Source of the DNA: Histomonas meleagridis 2922-C6/04-290x
Lineage: Eukaryota > Protista > Parabasalia
NCBI GenBank assembly: GCA_020184695.1
Contig: JAANOX010000144.1
Location: forward strand, 186,001-250,000
Reading direction: 5' to 3'
DNA: 64,000 nt
Both the position numbers and the translations under genes were made by a program. Position 1 is the first letter of the stretch, and each line of letters starts with the position of its first letter. A model generated the notes under the pieces. The model was not told where the DNA came from and made no database searches. It was given only the letters and a program-made list of their open reading frames with translations. Shown here piece after piece: positions 41,701 through 52,600 of this stretch.

Positions 41701-42981
41701 AACTTTGTTGAATATAACATCAATCGATGTCACAATGTTCTTTGGATCTTTTGTAATATGTTTGACAAGTTTATGCGTCGAAAACCCGTTTTGTAAAAGT
41801 TCACAAAAATATGGAATAACCGACTCTATCGTCTTGCCGTTGACAACTTTTGCAAGAATGTCAAATCTTGATGTTTGAATTGAACGTGAAATCAAGTTCT
41901 TCCGCATAGTGTCAGTAATGTTTTTATGATAGATAAGACATTCGTAGAAGTCGGATTTGGAGAGTGCTTCAAAATGTGCTTGTTCATTAATTTCTTTGAC
42001 TGCTGCAAATTGTTCTAATACTTTGCACATAAGTTGTGGATATGCAAGGGTTGAGACAGGAAGACGATTAATTACAGCTTCAATTGGATGATCTTTGACA
42101 ATTTTCTCTTCTTTGGTAGATAATATTCGATATACTAAATGAAGAATTGGTCGAGTTAATTCAGGGAATTTGAATCCTTCGGATAAAATAGGTATGTGTT
42201 TGCCACATTTAGCAAGTAAGGATGAACTATGGACTGCTATTGAAAGAGAAATTAATCTTTTCAAAATATCTTTATCTTTAACATGTTTGGACCTACTTAT
42301 CTTGATTTCGTCATACCATTCTTTGCATACTGATGAGTCAATTTCAAATTCAGAATATACAAGAGGTTGAATTATTGAAGCTGTAAAAAGTGCGGCACAA
42401 TCCTTATTACTAAGATATGATGAAGCGCGTGGTAATAAAAGTGAGATTATTTTTACAATAGCTTCACTATTATCACCAAAATCTAATAAACTTAAAAGTG
42501 ATATATAATTGCTTAATTTTGTCGACTGTTGTTGTACGTTCAATGTTTGTGTTATGTTCTTGCAAAGGTGTTCGGTCGTTTTGGCTGGTTGCGCCTTAAG
42601 AAGAATGTTAAATAATTGAGCAGCTATTTCTCGAAGTTCACTGAAATAAATGACAGCACCTGCAAAGGTAAGGATGTCTTCCATTTCTTCAGCTGTTGGA
42701 GGTATGGCACTTAATATTGGGATTGCAATTCTAGTAGATAAAAATTGTGTAGAGATTTTATTTGCTGGATGTTGACATGACCGCTTTATGGTAACATTTA
42801 TTTCTGTGTAATTGAAAGAAAATGCATCTTTGAACTTGATTTTCAAAGCTACAATTAAATTAATATGCGTCCTGAGTTTTTCGTATTCATGAGTATAATA
42901 ATCATGAAGAGGGTCTTTAGAATTCGTTAAAAATCCCCTTGAAAGTGTCGTGAGTTGTTCGAAAAGTTGCTCTTTTTCCAT
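38752..42981 (-). CDS. Large hypothetical alpha-helical (HEAT/ARM-like) protein, 1409 aa
   Basis: Uninterrupted 4.2-kb ORF with Leu/Ile-rich amphipathic helical composition and no motif I recognise. Confidence 0.75.
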   Translation of the reverse strand: MEKEQLFEQLTTLSRGFLTNSKDPLHDYYTHEYEKLRTHINLIVALKIKFKDAFSFNYTEINVTIKRSCQHPANKISTQFLSTRIAIPILSAIPPTAEEMEDILTFAGAVIYFSELREIAAQLFNILLKAQPAKTTEHLCKNITQTLNVQQQSTKLSNYISLLSLLDFGDNSEAIVKIISLLLPRASSYLSNKDCAALFTASIIQPLVYSEFEIDSSVCKEWYDEIKISRSKHVKDKDILKRLISLSIAVHSSSLLAKCGKHIPILSEGFKFPELTRPILHLVYRILSTKEEKIVKDHPIEAVINRLPVSTLAYPQLMCKVLEQFAAVKEINEQAHFEALSKSDFYECLIYHKNITDTMRKNLISRSIQTSRFDILAKVVNGKTIESVIPYFCELLQNGFSTHKLVKHITKDPKNIVTSIDVIFNKVHLFNDRQAVHVLIFLTELILYVRNLIEENESDKLKEIILNINIMQCNVLTFLFLMSASETIILLAERFAQSLYELYIYVVEDYETKNIFEIPIYKYISTYPIENFKKIFYLPQEYYVHNFDPSNNTIPNSTFFILLRDPNYCYFLYQLFLEVYQKSEKFKEEINKKFADPKTEFLPIKCYGIVSGYYTEYIPIIEQLIQHNHATTIYSIVFANENYLEEIVNQISISTKLTNSEKLIIYRTLIQKLDSMNEQTKTNMKIYKQIIDILLNDSTIIKEFISTLKPSIPALNYILTLTKCLHRLKNYQHNEINDIYNSIIEVIETKSNELETIKIVETNSTDNENNNNNKETTEIESLETKDISLSHVIFALFIELSCALANSDSGFDLKKCFFTLNKIIHNISIPICIEQLESLFAIASKQQFVFVECINSIQLTTFENCYIVGYFAIKNYELIKTDSHLALSIALALVTDNCIFPNCTDLLTLLSQIQWTSSSKPSLSRRRSAARVRKIPTAQQRTPEPAANSNQIPKENASRFIAGTVLNLTDVFIKVVVSIICSPGITPELCEKFVQVLMPWIKNLKLTSSSKFRYLFDPFFSNNCTEHVHYYIMRTIFPIFVDSQEMILNEFFRHNCKSNDYLIFYQFTDSKDKLIQFLESKILRLQKVQFFMQVLRHLQYLGSEEITDSKLLALMYPFFDNEDESIMKCVTNILEKCGTDKPSLKEIFEKKGEEFENEFLLNVISFLGYKMDTNVSNILFNYAKERAKQFTIEHMNQYINTMKRKKCHLQLLTQHFLSLYTLINEDIKPIIYEFAKFLIQTDHNEISKLAFDILKEKDGNDNLILQCIIRGTLTFDEIEPYVKLENLKKNYVFWYKMYKDMEINEEEFPEVDDLYCAVKYGSEELLQKIGNIIPDLINKGFRIQYLLNYLFDIDNLNISKIAPIFIAIPPQIYSFPKTGLEKPDLTIKLNIVLIKSREYRDFIHKFQIN

Positions 42982-43680
42982 CTAAGCTTCAGATATTTGA
43001 AACTTTTTGATAAAACTTTTCTTATACATGAGATAACCGCTCATTTTTTGAAATAAAAGTGTCATCGAAAATCGAACAAATCTTTTTGCCTTACATCATA
43101 GCATTGCTAAACTTTATCTAATATCTCATCATAATTATTATAATAACGTCTCTGCTCTGTTTTCTTAGACACTAAACGAAGCGTTAAAATTTCTGGCTTA
43201 AGTAAAAATAAATCAAAATAAAAATTGAAGTAAATATTTGACAAAAAATACACTTCATTTCCTATCATTTATATCAAAAAGTGGATATGTGAAACGGTTA
43301 AGTTTGTGCAATGTGTGATCTCCGTTGAAAGGGACACGTAAATGGCAAAATGACCAAAAGACGAAGATTTATTATTATCTTTTTATATTTCAACAAATAA
43401 CACTCGAAAATGCAGAACATGTTATGGGTCACATTTCTCAAAATCATGGAATTTGTAGAAAAATCATTAGAAATTTATATTGCTATGTAGATAGCATATG
43501 AAGAAGAAGTGTCCTTTTATTAGAAAAACAATTTAGGATTTTGTCATTCTGTTATCACTTTTATTTACTGTTTTTCGTAAAACTATCAAAACACATCTCA
43601 AATTTAGGGTGTACAAAATTCGTTTGTTTAACGGGGTTTTAAACGGGTACCACTTTTTGCCGCCAATTCTTAATCTGTTC

Positions 43681-45021
43681 ATGGAATCAGAAATCCAAGG
43701 AGATTCGTTCCTCAAATCAAATGTTAATTATTCTCTCTCAGATACAGAAATTTCGGAACTTCAAGATGCCATTTTGAAAGAATCGAAGAATATTGAAGAA
43801 TTTATTTCCAAATTAAATAATAAACCTACTCAAGAAACAGCTTCAATAGCCGTCTTAAATACACTATTTGATATGTTTAAATCAGAATTATCAATTAACA
43901 TCTCCCTTAGACAATCTTTACTTAAACATAGAAAGATTTCCGGAAATTTGAATAAATTTTTCCAAAGCATTAATCAATCTGGATATCCTGATGTCAAAGA
44001 TTTGGATTCTCTTTTCCAACTCATTAAGAAACAAAATAAAATTAATATAGAAAATCAAAATGTAAATCAACAACTCCATTCAAAACTAAAAAAAATTAAA
44101 AAAGCATACATCGAAAAAATCAATACAACACAACATGAAAATCAACAATTAGTTATAGAGCTTAAGGAGATTCAAGAAATGCTTTCTCGTCAAGAAACAG
44201 AAACAATTGAAACTGTTCAACAAAACAAACAACTGAAAAAATATGTAAAGTTACAAGAAAAGAGAATAAAAGATCAAATTGAAACAATTAATAATCTTGA
44301 AAAACATCATAAGTTAGTTTTATCTCAAAAAGAAGAAATTATCAAGGAAATAAAAGAAGAACAAAGTAAAGTTTCATCAGATTTTACTTTGTTAGAACAA
44401 AATTATGAAACTCTTAATTCAAAATATGAAACAGAATCTCAAATTTTTAATCAAAAAATAAATGAAAGTCAAACAGAAATAAACTCAATCAGAAAAGAAA
44501 ATAATGAAAAAAAGAAAGATTTAATACAAAAAGATATAATAATTGAAGAAAAACAAAATGAAATTGTAAAACTAAATGAAAAGATATCTGCTCTTGAAGC
44601 AAAAGAAAAAGAACTTAATACAAAATTAAATAATTACAAAAAGAAAACAAAGAAAATATACCAACAAATGATTGAATTACAAAGTCAAATAGATCAGATT
44701 TCAAATGATTATCAAAATAAATTAACTCAAATACAAAAAGATTATAAAAGAAAAAAAGCAAAATCAGTTTCTCAAGTTGAACAAATTTATCAAGTAAAAA
44801 TTAACGAGAAAGAGAATCATGAAAAACAATATTTGGAAAAAATAAGTCAACAACAATTCGAAATAACAAATCTAAGAGATTTAAATAGAATGTTATCATT
44901 TAATTTAGAAAAAGAAGAAGCAAAAATTGTAAAATTGGAAGCTGAATTAAAAATGAAAAAATATAAATCTGCAAATAAGGAAAGTGCAAGTAGACAAAAA
45001 GAAAAAAGTAATGATCGATAA
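43681..45021 (+). CDS. Coiled-coil hypothetical protein
   Basis: First ATG at 43681. K/E/Q-rich heptad composition throughout. Confidence 0.7.
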   Translation: MESEIQGDSFLKSNVNYSLSDTEISELQDAILKESKNIEEFISKLNNKPTQETASIAVLNTLFDMFKSELSINISLRQSLLKHRKISGNLNKFFQSINQSGYPDVKDLDSLFQLIKKQNKINIENQNVNQQLHSKLKKIKKAYIEKINTTQHENQQLVIELKEIQEMLSRQETETIETVQQNKQLKKYVKLQEKRIKDQIETINNLEKHHKLVLSQKEEIIKEIKEEQSKVSSDFTLLEQNYETLNSKYETESQIFNQKINESQTEINSIRKENNEKKKDLIQKDIIIEEKQNEIVKLNEKISALEAKEKELNTKLNNYKKKTKKIYQQMIELQSQIDQISNDYQNKLTQIQKDYKRKKAKSVSQVEQIYQVKINEKENHEKQYLEKISQQQFEITNLRDLNRMLSFNLEKEEAKIVKLEAELKMKKYKSANKESASRQKEKSNDR

Positions 45022-45215
45022 GAATATAAATAATTTTTTTGTTTCTAAGTAAAAATAATTGGATATAATAAGTTTTGATTAATTTTTTAAGATTAACTAA
45101 AGTTTTTCATAAAACAAAAGAAGCTGAATACCTTTATTTTTGATGAATAAGTCAACATCAACAAAAAAATTGATTTATTAAAAACATAGAAATGTTAAAC
45201 AAAATACTTATTTAT

Positions 45216-45617
45216 TTATTCTTCCTTCTTCTTAGTTTGGCCAAGAAGAACCTTGTGGATATGTGGAACAACACCTGCTGATGCAATTGTAATGTTGGAA
45301 AGAAGTTGATTCAATTCTTCATCATTCCGAATTGCAAGCATAATATGACGTGGTGAAATTCTAGTCTTCTTGTTATCACGAGCTGCATTTCCAGCAAGTT
45401 CGAGAACTTCGACTGTAAGATATTCAAGAACTGCTGCCATGAAGACTGGAGCGCCTGCACCAACACGATCTCCATAACGACCTTCACGAAGGAAACGATG
45501 TAAACGACCAACTGGGAATTGAAGTCCTGCACGACTTGATCTTGTCTTTGGATGAGCACGTTCTCCATCAACTGCTGTCTTTGTGGCTGTCTTCTTAACA
45601 CCTTTCTTTGCTGGCAT
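45216..45617 (-). CDS. H2A: Histone H2A
   Basis: [62 protein letters not shown]. Confidence 0.97.
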   Translation of the reverse strand: MPAKKGVKKTATKTAVDGERAHPKTRSSRAGLQFPVGRLHRFLREGRYGDRVGAGAPVFMAAVLEYLTVEVLELAGNAARDNKKTRISPRHIMLAIRNDEELNQLLSNITIASAGVVPHIHKVLLGQTKKKEE

Positions 45618-45762
45618 TTAGAAAAATGATGTTTTTGGCGGGGAAATCAAACCCAAAAAACGCCGCGAAAACTAAACATTTTTTGCATTTAATTTTGTTG
45701 AGTCTAAAATGACATATAATTTTAATGGGGGTGCCTTAAAAACTCTCTGGCATTTATAAAAA

Positions 45763-46590
45763 ATGGGAATTAATTTAACTTGGGCAAAAATAATATATGC
45801 TGCAGCCTCTCTTGTTGAAGGTGTTTTAGGTTCAATTTTTGGATTTTTTTTTGTCAAAGAATCTAAATATTCAGATTTAAATAGTTTGTTTATTGGTGGA
45901 TTTCTTTTATCAATTAGCATTGTAAGATTAGCACCTTCTTCAGAGCATATCAATCAATATAGTCAATATCCTTTTTCAATGCTAATATCTATATTTGTTT
46001 TTACATTTTTAACACTTTTCAATTTCATTCGCGACAATCTTGCAATCCAAAATCCTGAACCTGAAATTTCCACACAATCATTGTTAAGTCATGACAATCA
46101 AGATAATGCAAGTAAAAATGATTCTCAATTTGTCCTCAAAGATAGTATCCAATACATCCTTTTTTACATATCCATGGTTTTGTTATTCATTTCTGATGGC
46201 TTGTTATTGACTACATTATCATCAATAGATGAATTTAATTCGTATTATTGTATTCAACCTTTTCTGAAACTTTTTGAAACATATTCTATGTCAAAACTTA
46301 TGCTTATAATGCCAATACCCAATTATATTTTTTGGACATTATCATTGATTGCAGATTTAATAGAGCCTATTTTAATTGCTGTTCCAATTAACATCAATAG
46401 CAAATTCCAGAAAATATTTTCTGCTGTTTGTTCTTCGGTAGCCTTGGGTATGTTTTTTTATTTTGGCGGATCTTATGTTCATAATGGATGGAAAGAACCG
46501 AAGCCTGATCGTGGATGTTTTTTACCATTTTTGTTTCTTTTTATTGGATTTTTAATTCCATGTTTTTTGCATGCGTTTGAAGAGATTTAA
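45763..46590 (+). CDS. Divergent ZIP-family-like multi-pass membrane protein
   Basis: About 8 hydrophobic segments. FIGGFLLSISIVRLAP and YPFSMLI resemble ZIP TM2/TM3, but the metal-binding His motifs are not evident. Confidence 0.45.
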   Translation: MGINLTWAKIIYAAASLVEGVLGSIFGFFFVKESKYSDLNSLFIGGFLLSISIVRLAPSSEHINQYSQYPFSMLISIFVFTFLTLFNFIRDNLAIQNPEPEISTQSLLSHDNQDNASKNDSQFVLKDSIQYILFYISMVLLFISDGLLLTTLSSIDEFNSYYCIQPFLKLFETYSMSKLMLIMPIPNYIFWTLSLIADLIEPILIAVPININSKFQKIFSAVCSSVALGMFFYFGGSYVHNGWKEPKPDRGCFLPFLFLFIGFLIPCFLHAFEEI

Positions 46591-47414
46591 ATTAAAATGT
46601 ACTAAAATTTATTTTTATTTTTTGATTTTAAAAATACAAGAGAACATATCGAATTAAGTTTAAATAACTTTGAAAAATTATTATTCCAAATACAGATTAA
46701 AAAATTCATTATGTAAATGATAGAAATTGGAATGCTTGTTTTTCAAAACAAAATAACCATAAGCTCTTTTACTAAATTCCATGCGCTATTCATTTTCTTA
46801 ATAGATAATAATTGCTTTTCTAGAAAAGATGAATTTTTATATGGATAAGGCAAAATGAAACCTGTAAAGGCCCAATCCAACTTTTTGAAAGTTTCTGTTT
46901 AAAACGATCAAAAGTAGTTTCGAACTGTTTTGCTCTGATTGAATACTTATCACCAACGCTAATTAGAATTGTGTTGAAATTGATCGGTATGGTCGAGTGA
47001 GCATTCAAAAAACCGCTACGATGTGGGAGGTGATAATTCTGCAACTTTTTATCATCGCGAAAAAACAGTGTAATTTCACTTCAGCCTGTCCTACCGAACC
47101 CCACTTCAATGCAAATAAGGTACTAGCCATCCAAGAATAAATTTATCCGCTGATTTCGCCCAAAAATTCTCATTTTATGACGACGGTTGTTTATTTCAAA
47201 ATGTAATTTTACGACCATTCAATTTGTAAGGGGTTGTTTCGTCAGATCACCGCTTCTCAAAAATTCTTTGAAAACAGCGGTTACTTTGGTCACCATTTTG
47301 AATATTTGTTGTAAAAAAAATTTGAATTGGTTAGAACCACTAATTCTGAGGGCGCGATTAAAAGTGCTTCAAATCCTTGATCAAAGAAAGGAGTGGTCAA
47401 ATCACTTATTTCGT

Positions 47415-49215
47415 ATGTCTCAACATACAACTTGCCAAAAGGTCATTGACTTTGTCAACCACTGGACTGAACTTTGCAAACCAAAGAACGTTCAATGGTG
47501 TGATGGAAGCGAAGAAGAAGCCAAGAAGTTATTCGATGAAATGGTTGCCAAAGGCACAGCCATCAAACTCAACCAAGAGAAGCGCCCAGGCTGCTATCTT
47601 TTCCGCTCTGATCCACGTGATGTTGCACGTGTTGAAAAACGTACATTCATCTGCTCCGAAAAGCAAGAAGACGCTGGACCAACAAACAACTGGGAAGCAC
47701 CAGCTGACATGCAAAAGAGACTTACAGCTCTCTATGATGGATGCATGGAAGGTCGTACAATGTATGTCATTCCATTCTCAATGGGTCCAATCGGTTCTAA
47801 CATTGCCAAGAACGGTATCGAAATCACCGACTCAGCTTATGTTGTTGTCAACATGCGTATCATGACCCGCGTTTCACCAAAGGTTCTCGAATGCATCGAA
47901 AAGGATAACGAATTCATCCCATGCGTCCACTCCGTTGGTATGCCACTCAAGGAAGGCGTTAAGGATGTTGCTTGGCCATGCAATCCAGAAAACACATACA
48001 TCACACACTTCCCAGAAACCCGTCAAATCTGGTCCTTCGGCTCAGGCTATGGTGGTAATGCACTTCTTGGTAAGAAATGCTTTGCCCTTCGTATTGGTTC
48101 CAAACTTGGTAAAGATGAAGGTTGGCTCGCCGAACATATGCTTATCCTTGGTATCCAAACACCAGAAGGCAACAAGAAATACATCACAGCAGCCTTCCCA
48201 TCAGCATGCGGTAAGACAAACTTAGCCATGCTTATCCCACCAGAAGCCCTCCGTAACAAGGGATGGAAGGTTACCACAGTTGGTGATGATATCGCATGGA
48301 TCAAACCAGATGCAACAGGCCAACTTCGTGCTATCAACCCAGAAAATGGTTTCTTCGGTGTTGCCCCAGGTACAGCCCGCGAAACAAATCCAAACGCACT
48401 TGACTCATGCGCTAACAACACAATCTTCACAAACGTTGCCCTCACTGATGATGGCGATGTTTGGTGGGAAGGTATGACCAAAGAAAAGCCAGCACATCTT
48501 ATCGACTGGCAAGGTAACGACTGGACACCAGACTGCGGACGTCTTGCAGCACATCCAAACTCACGTTTCACAGCCCCAGCACACAACTGCCCATGCATCG
48601 ACCCAGAATGGGAAAATCCAGAAGGTGTTCCAATCAGCATCTTCATCTATGGTGGCCGTCGTATGAACGATATCCCACTTGTCTTCCAAGCCACAAGCTG
48701 GGCACACGGCGTTTACCTCGGTGCTACAGTTGGTTCAGAACAAAACTCAGCTGCTGAAGGGTAAGTCGGCGCACTCCGTCGTGACCCATTCGCCATAGCT
48801 TCCATTCTGCGGCTACCACATGGGTGACTACTTCAAGCACTACCTCGAAATGGAGAAGATCACAAAGGGCAAAGTTCCAGCAGTCTTCCACGTTAACTGG
48901 TTCCGCAAGTCAGCAGACGGCAAGTTCCTCTGGCCAGGATATGGTGACAACGCACGCGTTCTCGCTTGGATGATCCGCCGCGTCGAAGGCACAGGACACG
49001 CTGTCGAATCACCACTCGGCTACATCCCAGCTTACGAAGATATCGACTGGGACGGACTCGACTACACTAAGGAACAATTCGAAGCTGTTATGAAGATCGA
49101 CCCAGCACGCGTTAAGGTCCTCGCACAAGATAACACCAAGTACCTCTCTGAAACAATCGGCCATGCTGCTCCAGAATTACTCGCTGTCTCAGAACAAATC
49201 ATCGCCAAGTGCTAA
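47415..49215 (+). CDS. PEPCK: Phosphoenolpyruvate carboxykinase (GTP), with apparent indels at 48758-48798
   Basis: [62 protein letters not shown] and HPNSRF. The second ORF carries [13 protein letters not shown] and WPGYGDN. Strong codon bias and an Inr at 47402. Confidence 0.95.
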
Positions 49216-49375
49216 ATAAATAAACAATAACTGGCAAATAATTTAATCTGAAGTTTTCTTTTTCTTCATTTTGCATTTGACCGTTTGTTTTGATGTGATA
49301 TTTGGCATTTGTTAAGTGCAAAATATTTGCATATTCTGACATGATTTGGTTTTGAATGGCGGCGGTTTAATATAA

Positions 49376-50050
49376 ATGCCGGAGCGTCAAAATATATTTC
49401 ACAAAAATATTATTATGAAAAAAGAACAATCTGATCTAAGGAGAATACGATCAAGAGAAAACTCACCACCAAATAAATGGACACCAGAACAAGATGAGGC
49501 ACTTAAGGAATATATGAGTAAAAAAGATGTTCCTGATTTTGCAGCTTTACTTATAAATCCTTTGTTTAAAAACAAAACAAAAAAACAAATCTCAGAAAGA
49601 TGGAGCAAGGTGCTTAACCCAGTAATTACCAAAGGAAGATGGAATCGAGAAGATGATAATAAACTTATTCAACACGTAAAAAAGTACGGTGAAGTCAAAT
49701 GGTATCTGATTGCTGCTCAATTAAAAAGGTCTGGTAAGCAGTGTAGAGAAAGATATGTATATCACTTAAGACCTAACTTAAAAAACAAGAAACCTTTCAC
49801 TCCCGAAGAGACTGAACAATTGATGAATTTGGTTAATAAATGTGGGAAATACTGGGATGAGTTGGCAAAATATTTTCCTGGGCGTTCAGGCCTGTACTTG
49901 AAAAACAGATGGAATTATTTGAGGAAGAAAGGTTTTCGACATCATGATTTTGTGTTGCCCATAGACAGTGAAAATAGTGTTCATCATGACGATCCTAATG
50001 ATGATGAATATGATTTTGATCAATTTTTTTTCATTCGATCTTCTCAATGA
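49376..50050 (+). CDS. Myb-like transcription factor (three Myb repeats)
   Basis: KWTPEQD...ERWSKVLNP, GRWNREDD...RSGKQCRERY, PFTPEET...GRSGLYLKNRWN. Confidence 0.92.
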   Translation: MPERQNIFHKNIIMKKEQSDLRRIRSRENSPPNKWTPEQDEALKEYMSKKDVPDFAALLINPLFKNKTKKQISERWSKVLNPVITKGRWNREDDNKLIQHVKKYGEVKWYLIAAQLKRSGKQCRERYVYHLRPNLKNKKPFTPEETEQLMNLVNKCGKYWDELAKYFPGRSGLYLKNRWNYLRKKGFRHHDFVLPIDSENSVHHDDPNDDEYDFDQFFFIRSSQ

Positions 50051-50678
50051 GAACGTTTATCTATCGTCGACGATCGGTACAATAACGCTTAATAGATTAA
50101 AAGATAACTCTAAATAAAATGGAAAATTTTTGGTATTAATATCTATTCCTTCTTGTTCAAGAAGTAATTTAACAATTTCTGTGTTTCCCCTTAGAGATGC
50201 CCGGGTGCGCTAATAAACCGCCCGCAATTGAAAGGAATTGAACATATCGGATTTTCCCGATAGGTTTTGTTCGATTTTTAATCGGCAAAAGGTAATTCCT
50301 CGTTGTAAAATAACGATGGGAAATTTCAATGAAAATAATTCAATTAAAAATGCTTAACATTTATGACAATGATTTTTGTGTGGATATGGTATGTGTCATG
50401 GTGATTTTCAATAGTATGTGTCAAAATGTTATCAAATATTGTCAGAATAAATGAATCGTATCTTGTTTATTATTAATCATATTGTGTTAATCATATTATT
50501 AATCATATTGTGTTAATCATATTATTAATCATAAATATATATAAATAAAAATACATGAGAGATAATTTTCATTAAATCAAATATCAAATTATATAAATCA
50601 AATGAAAGATTTCTTTATTATGATATTCCTTCTTTGAAAATTCAGAATTTTAAGTAAACCTATTGTTACATCCTTTTT

Positions 50679-51314
<636 letters not shown>

Positions 51315-51389
51315 TAAATAAAAAAAATAATTTCTAATTAATGTTTAATTTTATCTGAAAAGATTTTTCCAAATATATCCGAAATCTCT

Positions 51390-52211
51390 TTAATGATTGA
51401 CCCTAAAACAAAATTCGTGAAGGTAATCAGATAATTTATTTTTATCTGAGTAACCTTTTTTTCTTCGCCAAAGTTTTGCCGCAGCCCATAAAGATTCGAT
51501 TCGTTGTGTATGTGCTAAAGTTTGAGGATCCACAAAGTTCTGAGAATGATTTACTGTTAAATGAGAATAAGAATCTTTATTTAAATAAGAATATGATTTC
51601 CATTCATCACTTACAATAAGTGATGAAGGAGCAATCATTAATTTAATAATAAGTTGGAGAGTTTCTTTCTTCCTGTTTGGAACAGGAAAAAAATAATCTC
51701 TTCCTCCTTTGTTCCCATCGCAACCTCCAAATATACATTGTTGTGGGACAATTCTTCCCACATGGTTTTTACGTTTTGTAAAAACGCTTTCGTCGATCTG
51801 CACATGATCTTTTAAAGGATTGCTTGTCATTTCATTTAAATTTTTTCTTATCATTTCTTGTCGGAAGATGTCAAACCAATGAATAATTGTTGGCATTGAC
51901 ATTCCGACAACCTCGTGGGTAGTGTGAATCGAAAAATCGGCACAAAAGCAAACGAATATAAATAAAATTTTATTGATATCAGCTTTAACTGATTCAAAAG
52001 GGAAAGGAGAATAAGCATGAATTGTTGTGAAACATAATCGATTTGTACATCTAAAATTCATATTTTGTATGTTAAATTTCATATATTTCTGGCATTTTTT
52101 GCAAGTAACGATCTCTGTGCGAGGAAAAGATGCACCTGTAATTTGAGTAATATATAGAGGATGAAATCCTTGACTTATAAGACTGCTTATTGCTTGGAAA
52201 TTTAAATCCAT
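51390..52211 (-). CDS. Merlin/ISXO2-like DDE transposase, apparently intact (273 aa)
   Basis: Zn-ribbon CKKC...CTNRLC and catalytic-type motifs VQIDES, IVSDEWKSY, TVNHSQNFVDP and HTQRIESLW. Ends YLHEFCFR. Confidence 0.93.
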   Translation of the reverse strand: MDLNFQAISSLISQGFHPLYITQITGASFPRTEIVTCKKCQKYMKFNIQNMNFRCTNRLCFTTIHAYSPFPFESVKADINKILFIFVCFCADFSIHTTHEVVGMSMPTIIHWFDIFRQEMIRKNLNEMTSNPLKDHVQIDESVFTKRKNHVGRIVPQQCIFGGCDGNKGGRDYFFPVPNRKKETLQLIIKLMIAPSSLIVSDEWKSYSYLNKDSYSHLTVNHSQNFVDPQTLAHTQRIESLWAAAKLWRRKKGYSDKNKLSDYLHEFCFRVNH

Positions 52212-52600
52212 TTATTCCTATATTTTTTGAATGTGAATCATTTATTCTGACACTTTTGATTGTGTTTCATTTATTCTGACACTTTTTGAATGTGATTCGT
52301 TTGTTCTAATACTTTTTGAGTGTAATACATTTATTCTGACAATATTTGATAACATTTTGACACATACTATTGAAAATCACCATGACACATACCATATCCA
52401 CACAAAAATCATTGTCATAAATGTTAAGCATTTTTAATTGAATTATTTTCATTGAAATTTCCCATCGTTTTTTTACAACGAGGAATTACCTTTTGCCGAT
52501 TAAAAATCGAACAAAACCTATCGGGAAAATCCGATATGTTCAATTCCTTTCAATTGCGGGCGGTTCCTTTAGCGCACCCAGATGCCCATACAAGTGCTGT

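Noticed and set aside
48761-48798. Apparent 38-nt GTAAGT...ATAG intron in PEPCK
   Set aside because: Removing it does not restore the frame (gives GFHSAATTW instead of LPFCGY), and the segment encodes the conserved [12 protein letters not shown] motif.
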